Program-made: the position numbers and the translations under genes
Part shown: one piece after another, positions 16,810 through 23,761 of the stretch
How positions within the stretch are numbered: position 1 is the stretch's first letter
Layout: the number at the start of each line of letters is the position of its first letter
Source: a virus
Virus record (IMG/VR): IMGVR_UViG_3300045988_092515
Coordinates: 1 to 47,370 of that record
DNA: 47,370 nucleotides
Direction: 5' to 3' (one strand)
The notes under the pieces: model-generated
Seen by the model: only the letters and a program-made list of their open reading frames with translations
What the model was told of the DNA's origin: nothing
The model's database searches: none

Positions 16810-17481
16810 ATGGCAAGAATGATTGATATAAGTGGTAAAAAATACAACAGGCTTACCGCAATAAAACCAATCGGAAGAAGAAAATCTGGAAATTATATAT
16901 GGTTGTGCAAATGTGAATGTGGTAAATTTTGCGAAGTAGAAGGAAGTCTATTACGAAGTGGAAAACAACTAAGCTGTGGTTGTTACATATCAGAACGTGT
17001 CACAAAAATGAACACGAAACACAACGGATTTGGGACGCGACTTTACGAAATTTGGAGACAAATGCACAGAAGGTGTTACGGCGAGTTCCAACAGAGCTAC
17101 AAAGATTATGGGGGCCGCGGGATTTCTGTTTGCGATGAATGGCATGATTTTTCTGTATTCAGAGAATGGGCTTATAAAAACGGCTATTCAGAAACGCTTA
17201 CAATAGATCGGATTGACGTAAATGGAAATTACGAGCCTTCTAATTGTAGATGGGCGACCATGAAACAGCAAGCTAACAACAGAAGAAGTAACCACACAAT
17301 CAAATATATGGGTGTATCGCATACAATTTCTGAGTGGGCTGATATTCTTGGTGTTAATCAAACCACACTTTGGAAAAAACTTCAAATGAACAATTGGGAT
17401 TTATCTAAAGTGAAGGAGGTGGCAAAGTGGGAGAAGGAAAATACCCCGATTTCGTTAAATCGTGTGGATATGGCGATGTAA
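16810..17481 (+). CDS. Free-standing homing endonuclease (HNH/AP2-associated type) inserted in the minor capsid gene
   Basis: YNRLTAI...WLCKCECG...TRLYEIWRQMHRRCY...YKDYGGRGISVCDEW...TIDRIDVNGNYEPSNCRWATMKQQANN. Confidence 0.75.
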   Translation: MARMIDISGKKYNRLTAIKPIGRRKSGNYIWLCKCECGKFCEVEGSLLRSGKQLSCGCYISERVTKMNTKHNGFGTRLYEIWRQMHRRCYGEFQQSYKDYGGRGISVCDEWHDFSVFREWAYKNGYSETLTIDRIDVNGNYEPSNCRWATMKQQANNRRSNHTIKYMGVSHTISEWADILGVNQTTLWKKLQMNNWDLSKVKEVAKWEKENTPISLNRVDMAM

Positions 17482-17836
17482 CAGGAATCGGGGGAGCTTA
17501 GCTAATTGTAGGCACCATTTTTACCCATATATTGAAGGCGTTTCGACCAGAACTTACACAGAAAAACAACTTAAGGAAATGGACCAACCGCCATTTGAAT
17601 ACCAAGGAAAAACCTACGATCAATACCAAGCATCCCAAAAACAAAGAGAAATAGAACGATCAATACGAAAACAAAAACGTATTCAGATTGCAATGGAAGC
17701 TCTTGGAACAGAGGAAGCCGCCAAGGACGCAACGGCGGCAAAGACAAAGATTCGCCTGCTGAACCGTGAATACAGGTTATTCAGCGAAGCGGCCAACCTG
17801 CCGTTACAGCGCGAAAGGACGAAGGTGGTATACTGA
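17427..17836 (+). CDS. Minor capsid protein 2, C-terminal part. It restarts at a GTG and needs a frame change in the G5 run at 17490-17494.
   Basis: AAGGAGG (17413-17419) plus GTG at 17427 gives GEGKYPDFVKSCGYGDVTGIGGA, then a stop at 17499. The -1 frame continues SLANCRHHFYPYIEGVSTRTYTEKQLKEMDQPPFEYQGKTYDQYQASQKQREIER. Confidence 0.55.
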
Positions 17837-17985
17837 TGAAAATCACAGTAGCAGAAAAAACAGGAGATGTAATCCGCGCCGCTACCGTCGAATTTGATGT
17901 TGTGTTTCAAGAAAGCATGGACGCTATGAAAGAATTTTTCAACCTATATTTCGGCACAGACCCAGAGGAAGAAGACAATGATTAA
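17836..17985 (+). CDS. Small acidic ORF (49 aa), absent from the ORF track
   Basis: ATGA overlap with the upstream stop. Translation is MKITVAEKTGDVIRAATVEFDVVFQESMDAMKEFFNLYFGTDPEEEDND. Confidence 0.35.
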   Translation: MKITVAEKTGDVIRAATVEFDVVFQESMDAMKEFFNLYFGTDPEEEDND

Positions 17986-18139
17986 AACTATCAACGGAAA
18001 AACCTGGTTCTGTTGCCCTGAATGTGGGAAGAAGATTCACCCGATAAAGCCGGGAGCCTGCGGCGTCCTGGTGAAATGCACCGGCAAAAACAACGGTAGA
18101 CGTTGCGATTGGTACGGCGAAATCAAATGGGCCGGATAA
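17978..18139 (+). CDS. Small zinc-ribbon ORF (53 aa), absent from the ORF track
   Basis: MIKTINGKTWFCCPECGKKIHPIKPGACGVLVKCTGKNNGRRCDWYGEIKWAG. It overlaps the preceding small ORF. Confidence 0.4.
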   Translation: MIKTINGKTWFCCPECGKKIHPIKPGACGVLVKCTGKNNGRRCDWYGEIKWAG

Positions 18140-18157
18140 CCAAACAAAACCAAAATT

Positions 18158-18216
18158 AAGCAAGCGTAAGCAAACAAAAAGCAAACGTAAGCAAAAAGAA
18201 GCAAAGTAAAGCGAAT
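18158..18216. repeat. Three degenerate ~20-bp A-rich tandem repeats (AAGCAARCGTAAGCAAA)
   Basis: aagcaagcgtaagcaaac / aaagcaaacgtaagcaaaa / aagcaaagtaaagcgaat, in the gap before the scaffold gene. Confidence 0.5.
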
Positions 18217-18366
18217 AAAACCCAAATAACCTGAGCCTTTGAGCCAAGAATCAACTAAAACGTTGGTTTTTGGCTTATTTTTTATCTTTGACCGCCCCGA
18301 CGTCGTAAAACTACGGGCGACAGCGGATGCAACCCGCGTAAATAAGCGTAGTCGTGGGAGAGAACA

Positions 18367-18990
18367 ATGAAACGCGAATATCTAAAAGAGCTTGGCTTAG
18401 AGGATGAAATCATCGACAAGGTCCTTGCTGAGAATGGCAAGGATATCGAACGGGAGAAGGGCAAGGCTGAAGCTGCCAAGGCGGACGCCGAGAACCTGAA
18501 GACCCAGCTTGCCGACCGAGACAAGGATCTGGAAGAGCTGAAAAAGAACGCTGGTTCTGCCGATGAGATCAAGGCCCAGATGGATGAGCTGAAAGCCAAG
18601 TATGACAAAGACACGGAATCTTTCAAGGCGCAGATTGCGGAGAGAGACTATTCCGCCGCCGCTTCTGCTGCTATCACCGGCGCAAACGTCAAGTTTTCGT
18701 CCAAGGGCGCTGAACGCGCTTTTAGGGACGAACTGAAAGCTAAGGGCCTGACCCTGAAAGATGGCGCACTGGAAGGTTTCGATAACTTCCTGAAAGAACA
18801 GCGTGAAGCTGACCCCGGCGCTTTTGCATCTGATAAGCCTACCCCTTCCTTTGGCCGACCTGTCGGCGCGGGTGGTAAGGACAACGGTACCGAAAACATC
18901 GGTATCGCTCTTGCAAAAAGCATCGGTGCGGCTACCGCGCAGAACAACAAAACGTACAGCGACGTACTGTCGCAATATAAGGGAGAGTGA
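18367..18990 (+). CDS. Capsid scaffolding protein (Phage_GP20-like)
   Basis: MKREYLKELGLEDEIIDKVLAENGKDIEREK..., charged coiled-coil composition, and its position before the capsid genes. Confidence 0.7.
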   Translation: MKREYLKELGLEDEIIDKVLAENGKDIEREKGKAEAAKADAENLKTQLADRDKDLEELKKNAGSADEIKAQMDELKAKYDKDTESFKAQIAERDYSAAASAAITGANVKFSSKGAERAFRDELKAKGLTLKDGALEGFDNFLKEQREADPGAFASDKPTPSFGRPVGAGGKDNGTENIGIALAKSIGAATAQNNKTYSDVLSQYKGE

Positions 18991-18995
18991 AAAAT

Positions 18996-19352
18996 ATGGC
19001 ACTGGGTACCATGAAATACTCTGAGGTTTCCGCACCTTCGGATGTGGAAATCCTGTACAACTCCGAGTATGTGGGCAAGGCTCTTACTCTGGATTCTACC
19101 GCATTTACCAGCGGCGTTTGCAAGGCTGGCACTCCTATGGCGGCTGATGGCAAGAAAGCCGCGACTTCCGGCGAATCCGGTAGTCAGACTTCTACCGCCG
19201 TCGGCGTCCTGCTGTGGGACGTTTACGAGGATCGCCCCCAGGGCACTATCGTAATCGGCGGCTACATCAACACCACCAAGGCACAGGCACATTCCGGTGT
19301 TACCGTGGATGCTACCGCCAAGGCTGCTATGAAGAACGTCGTATTCATGTAA
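18996..19352 (+). CDS. Putative head decoration protein
   Basis: A small ORF between the scaffold and major capsid genes. GVLLWDVYEDRPQGTIVIGGYINT. GGGAGAG RBS before the ATG at 18996. Confidence 0.45.
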   Translation: MALGTMKYSEVSAPSDVEILYNSEYVGKALTLDSTAFTSGVCKAGTPMAADGKKAATSGESGSQTSTAVGVLLWDVYEDRPQGTIVIGGYINTTKAQAHSGVTVDATAKAAMKNVVFM

Positions 19353-19368
19353 GGAAGGAGGATAAAGG

Positions 19369-20439
19369 ATGAACATTTCTGATGTTTTCAGCGCTGCCGC
19401 TATTGCCGTGCAGCAGACCGAAGCTGCGTCTAACCGCATGGCTTACCTGGGTGAGGGTTTCTTCCCTGCCAAGAAGAAGATGGGCCTGGATTTGAAATGG
19501 ATCAAGTCCCACAAGGGCCTGCCCGTTTCTCTGGCCCCCTCCAACTTCGACGCCAAGTCTACCCTGCGTAGCCGCGAGGGTATCAAGGTCGATGAGACCC
19601 AGATGGCCTTTTTCCGTGAATCCATGCTGGTGAAGGAAGAGGATGAGCAGGAGATCATGCGTATCATCGACGGCAATGATCCCTACCTGGCCTCTGTCCT
19701 GTCCTCCATCTATGACGATGCTTCCACCCTGGTTGAGGGTGCCCGCGTCGTGGCTGAGCGTATGCGTATGCAGCTGCTGGCCCCTGTTACCGATGGTTCT
19801 CCCAGAATCGTCCTGGAAGCTGGTGGCGTGCAGTACTCTTACAACTACGACACCGACGGCAGCTACAAGACCAACAACTACAACGCTATCACCACCGCTA
19901 CCAAGAAGTGGAGCGCCACCGACACCGCCGACCCCATGTCTGACATTCAGGACGCTCTGGATTCCGTCGAATCCAACACCGGCACCCGGCCCACTATCAT
20001 GCTGTGCAGCAAGAAGACCATGGGCTACCTGAAAGCCAACGCCAAAATCAAGTCCGCTGTGCTGGCCCAGAACATCACCGCCAACGTGTTTATGACCGAT
20101 GCGCGAGTGAATGAGCTGTTCCAGAACGAGCTTGGCGTGACCATCATCGTGTACTCCAAGCAGTACAAGGATGAGGCTGGCACTGCTCACAAGTTCTATC
20201 CCGACGATATGGTGACCCTGCTGCCTGAGGGCGCACTGGGTTCTACCTGGTACGGCACCACCCCCGAAGAGCGCACTCTGATGGGCAAGGCCGATGCCGA
20301 TGTGTCCCTGGTTGATACCGGCATTGCCGTTGCGGTGACCACCACCTCTGACCCCGTGAACACCAAGACCACGGTTTCCGAAATCGTCCTGCCCTCCTTC
20401 GAGCGCATGGACGAGACTTACGTTATCAAGGTAGCCTGA
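19369..20439 (+). CDS. Major capsid protein (lambda gpE-like family)
   Basis: 356 aa, strong AAGGAGG RBS, LGEGFFPAKKKMGLDLKWIK...APSNFDAKSTLRSREG, and synteny. Confidence 0.85.
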   Translation: MNISDVFSAAAIAVQQTEAASNRMAYLGEGFFPAKKKMGLDLKWIKSHKGLPVSLAPSNFDAKSTLRSREGIKVDETQMAFFRESMLVKEEDEQEIMRIIDGNDPYLASVLSSIYDDASTLVEGARVVAERMRMQLLAPVTDGSPRIVLEAGGVQYSYNYDTDGSYKTNNYNAITTATKKWSATDTADPMSDIQDALDSVESNTGTRPTIMLCSKKTMGYLKANAKIKSAVLAQNITANVFMTDARVNELFQNELGVTIIVYSKQYKDEAGTAHKFYPDDMVTLLPEGALGSTWYGTTPEERTLMGKADADVSLVDTGIAVAVTTTSDPVNTKTTVSEIVLPSFERMDETYVIKVA

Positions 20440-20454
20440 GAAAGGAGCTAACCA

Positions 20455-20871
20455 ATGGCTTACGCAACCTATGAGTTTTACAGGAACGAATACGGCGGCA
20501 ACGCCATTGAAGAAGCCGATTTCAACGGTCTTGCTACCCGCGCTACCGCCTACATCAACGCCGCCACTAGCGGGAAAGCTATGTCGGCGGTGGGAGATGA
20601 TTTAACGGCGGTGCAAATGGCTACCTGTGAGCTGGCTGAAATCTTCCAGGATGAAAACAGGCTGAACGCCCTGACCTTTTCCTCCACCGGTTCCATCTCT
20701 AGTGAATCGGTGGGGGGATGGTCCCGGAGTTACGGCACCAAAACTCTGAGTGCGGCAGACCTGCAACTGCTAACAGCGCGCAAAAAAAGCGCGTTGTTAA
20801 TCTACCTGCAAGGTACCGGTTTTTTACAGGCTACCGGCTACCCGATGGCAAAGTGGGGTGACTGCTGGTGA
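20455..20871 (+). CDS. Head-tail connector (gp6-like)
   Basis: MAYATYEFYRNEYGGNAIEEADFNGLATRATAYINAAT... and its position after the major capsid gene. Confidence 0.55.
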   Translation: MAYATYEFYRNEYGGNAIEEADFNGLATRATAYINAATSGKAMSAVGDDLTAVQMATCELAEIFQDENRLNALTFSSTGSISSESVGGWSRSYGTKTLSAADLQLLTARKKSALLIYLQGTGFLQATGYPMAKWGDCW

Positions 20872-21320
20872 CGATGTTCCCGCATACCATCACCCTGTAT
20901 ATCATCACCGAAGATCAGGTAACATTCGAGCAAGTGACGAATATCACGGTGCTGGAAGGGGTGCTGTTGGACGCTGCCAAGGCCACCAACGTCCGTTCTT
21001 CCGGCATGGAAAACGCCGATGCGGTGACGGTATACATCCCGTTCGGCGTGAAAGCCTACGACGGGCAGACAGCCGAAATCAAACGGTATGTATCCCCGAA
21101 GGAATACCATGCCGCCGCCGATAAAAGCGGCCTGTGGACGCTGGATTCTGCACCGCCTACCGATGTTTCTACATTCATCGTCAAGGGTGAGGTTGTAGAG
21201 CCTGAGAAGGATTTCCAGTGGATTAACCGCACACATGATGATGTATACAGAATCAATTCGGTGGATGCGAAGGATTTCGGCTCGGAAGAGATGAAACATT
21301 TTGAAGTAGGTGGGCGTTGA
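20868..21320 (+). CDS. Head-tail joining / minor capsid protein (Minor_capsid_1-like)
   Basis: Called from synteny in an A118-like module. It overlaps the upstream stop. Confidence 0.45.
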   Translation: MTMFPHTITLYIITEDQVTFEQVTNITVLEGVLLDAAKATNVRSSGMENADAVTVYIPFGVKAYDGQTAEIKRYVSPKEYHAAADKSGLWTLDSAPPTDVSTFIVKGEVVEPEKDFQWINRTHDDVYRINSVDAKDFGSEEMKHFEVGGR

Positions 21321-21718
21321 TGATTAGCGTTAAGGTTGATGTAAAGATTGACGCCGCCAAGTTCGCCCAGCGTGCAGACCGGGCAAAGGAAGTTCTGGCA
21401 AACGAAGCCATGAAGGACACCGACCAGTTTGTCCCAGCTCTTACAGGTTCCCTTGCGGGACGAGCTAGGGTGCAGGGAGATACCATCGTATACCCTGGCC
21501 CGTATGCCCGTTTTCTGTGGGAAGGTAAGGTATTGGTTGACCCGGATACCGGAAGCCCCTGGGCTAGGCCGGGAGCTACTAAAGTGGCAAACGGCAAGAG
21601 CTTGGTGTTCACCAAGGCAATGCACGGACAGGCGCAAAGCCATTGGTTTGACGCTTCTAAGGCTATGAATCTGCCGAACTGGGTAAAGAAGTACAAGGAG
21701 GCGATATTGAATGGATGA
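21320..21718 (+). CDS. Minor capsid protein (Minor_capsid_2-like), a neck or tail-completion component
   Basis: TDQFVPALTGSLAGRARVQGDTIVYPGPYARFLWEGKV...HGQAQSHWFDASKA. Confidence 0.55.
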   Translation: MISVKVDVKIDAAKFAQRADRAKEVLANEAMKDTDQFVPALTGSLAGRARVQGDTIVYPGPYARFLWEGKVLVDPDTGSPWARPGATKVANGKSLVFTKAMHGQAQSHWFDASKAMNLPNWVKKYKEAILNG

Positions 21719-22157
21719 TAAACCATTACGCATGGTATCCAGGGCGGAAACCGACCAGATTTCCAGGAAACTGCTGGTTTGGCTGAATCTTTACGAAAGT
21801 AAACCCGCCAATATCGCCTTTGAATACCTTCCTTCCGATCAGCCTGGTATGGCGCTTTCTACTATCCAAGGGGCCTACAAAACCAAGGAATACGTTCGCG
21901 GGGCGTATCAGGGGCAGTATCAATTCAAAATCATCTACCGCCTGCAACCGTCCAGCAACAATGATCGGTTGAAAGCCGACGAAATCCTGGATGCTATTGG
22001 TGATTGGGCCGTATCCCGCCGCCCATTGCCCTATTTAGGGGATGGGAAACAGGCAACTAAAATTACCTGCAACACCAGGGCGGCAATGTTCGCCCGGTAC
22101 GACGATAACACAGAAGATCATCAAATTCTGATGACTATGGACTACTTTTCCAACTGA
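21711..22157 (+). CDS. Minor capsid protein (Minor_capsid_3-like), a neck component
   Basis: Called from synteny. It overlaps the upstream gene. Confidence 0.45.
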   Translation: MDDKPLRMVSRAETDQISRKLLVWLNLYESKPANIAFEYLPSDQPGMALSTIQGAYKTKEYVRGAYQGQYQFKIIYRLQPSSNNDRLKADEILDAIGDWAVSRRPLPYLGDGKQATKITCNTRAAMFARYDDNTEDHQILMTMDYFSN

Positions 22158-22165
22158 AAGGGGAA

Positions 22166-22675
22166 ATGAAAAAAATGAAACTTTCTACCCTTATGACGGG
22201 CAAGGAGCCGTCTCCTTCCTATTCCGGCGTTGCCACTGCCGACGATTTTGTTCTGGCCGTTGACATTGCCTCTTCTCCCACTGGCAAAATCGGTGACTAT
22301 GTGGTTGTCCAGGGCGGCATCACTAACGTTGATTCCCAGCTGAACCCGGAGAGCGAGGACAAGACCTACATCCGCAACGGCAAAGTGACCACCAAGACCG
22401 CCACTCAGCGCACGTTCAACGTTACCGGTGATCGCATGTTTGGTGACGATTTCCAGGACTACGCCCTGTCTCACGCTATCAAGTTCGGCACTGGCCAGGC
22501 CGTTATCGTGCCCTACGTCTATTTCTCTCTGCTGACTGGCAAGGGCGAAAAGGGTACCGCTGCCGTCATCGTGAACTCGGACGGTTCCGGCGAGGCAGGC
22601 GCTTCCGCTGAGATCGATGTGGATATCATGGCAACTGCCGCCCCCACCGAGTACACCTATTCCGCCGACGTGTAA
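22166..22675 (+). CDS. Major tail (tube) protein
   Basis: 169 aa, positioned before the chaperone pair and the tape measure. TYIRNGKVTTKTATQRTFNVTGDRMFGDDFQDY. Confidence 0.65.
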   Translation: MKKMKLSTLMTGKEPSPSYSGVATADDFVLAVDIASSPTGKIGDYVVVQGGITNVDSQLNPESEDKTYIRNGKVTTKTATQRTFNVTGDRMFGDDFQDYALSHAIKFGTGQAVIVPYVYFSLLTGKGEKGTAAVIVNSDGSGEAGASAEIDVDIMATAAPTEYTYSADV

Positions 22676-22697
22676 CCAAATATAAGGAGGATTAAGC

Positions 22698-23129
22698 ATG
22701 GACACCTACAATATCAACGGCGTTGCCGTGGAGTATGACACCTTCGATACGGTAAACATGGAGTTGTTTATCAATGAGCTGGAACGTGTGCAGAAGGAAA
22801 CCGAAGCACTGCCCAAGAACGCCACCGCCTACATGAAGGGCATGTGTGAACTGGTTCGGGACTTCTTCGATACCATTATCGGGGAAGGTACCTCTGACAA
22901 GTGCTTCGGCCCCAGAAGCAACCTGAAAGCTATCGTGTTTGCATACGGCGATTTCGTCCGCCGCGTGGCGGAAGAGATGGTTTCCATCAAGGATATCGCG
23001 AACGGGCTTCCTGTGCCCGGCGCTGCCGCCACCCCCACCAACCGGGAGCAGAGACGCGCAGAGGAACGGGCACGACGCCGCGCAGAAGCCGCCGAGCGGG
23101 TGAAGCTGCGCAAGTCCGATGCGAACTAA
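22698..23129 (+). CDS. Tail assembly chaperone (putative)
   Basis: AAGGAGG RBS, its position between the tail tube and tape measure genes, and a basic C-terminus. Confidence 0.5.
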   Translation: MDTYNINGVAVEYDTFDTVNMELFINELERVQKETEALPKNATAYMKGMCELVRDFFDTIIGEGTSDKCFGPRSNLKAIVFAYGDFVRRVAEEMVSIKDIANGLPVPGAAATPTNREQRRAEERARRRAEAAERVKLRKSDAN

Positions 23130-23748
23130 CCCGTTTCGAGCGCTACCGGATCATGTTGAAGTCAACGGGAGACAGGTGCCGATAGACCCTAGCTTCCGCG
23201 TTGGAGTGGCTATAGAGCTAGAGGTATTGAAGGAAGAAAAGCCGGATGTAGCTGGCCTATTAAGCCTTTTCTACCAAGGCTCTGTCCCTGCCGATGTTAA
23301 GGGCGCTGTTGAAGCTATGCTCGGATTTTTCCGTGGGTACAATCAGGCCGACGGAGAACCAAAACAAGGGGATAAGAAGAAGGGAGGGAGAGTATACGAC
23401 TTTGAGCAAGACGCCGAAGCTATCTCTTCCTCTTTTCTTACTTACTACAATATCGACCTTACGAAAACAGACTTACATTGGTGGGAGTTCCGCCGCCTGC
23501 TGTTCAACCTGCCGCATGAAAGCAATTTTATGCAACGGATTATGTACCGAACGGCGGACTTAAACAAGCTGGACCGGACGCGCCGCAAGCATTTCAAGAA
23601 AATGCGCGAAATCTACGCTATCAAGGATACCGTAGACCGCAAAAAGCACATGACGGTGGAAGAACGCGACGCCGAATTGTTAGCGCAGATAAACAGGAGA
23701 TACCAGGAGGCAGAGGAATACGTCAAACAGAAGGGGAAAGGTGATTAA
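23119..23748 (+). CDS. Gp15-family tail assembly protein
   Basis: NPFRALPDHVEVNGRQVPIDPSFRVGVAIEL...YYNIDLTKTDLHWWEFRRLLFNLP. Confidence 0.55.
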   Translation: MRTNPFRALPDHVEVNGRQVPIDPSFRVGVAIELEVLKEEKPDVAGLLSLFYQGSVPADVKGAVEAMLGFFRGYNQADGEPKQGDKKKGGRVYDFEQDAEAISSSFLTYYNIDLTKTDLHWWEFRRLLFNLPHESNFMQRIMYRTADLNKLDRTRRKHFKKMREIYAIKDTVDRKKHMTVEERDAELLAQINRRYQEAEEYVKQKGKGD

Positions 23749-23761
23749 GGTGGTGACGTAA

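Noticed and set aside
16714-17426. Group I intron or intein carrying the endonuclease
   Set aside because: Only 96 nt of non-coding sequence precede the endonuclease ORF and none follows it, because exon 2 starts inside the ORF. That leaves too little room for a group I core. The endonuclease is in a separate ORF with its own start, so it is not an in-frame intein. Splicing still deserves an RT-PCR check.
19345-20190. 281-aa minus-strand ORF (also 18648-19439 and 18397-19035)
   Set aside because: These lie antisense to the major capsid, decoration and scaffold genes. Their Gly/His/Val-rich composition marks them as shadow ORFs.
22698-23748. Programmed -1 frameshift joining the two tail chaperone ORFs (G/GT type)
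   Set aside because: No slippery heptamer was seen in the overlap at 23119-23129, and the second ORF has its own ATG.
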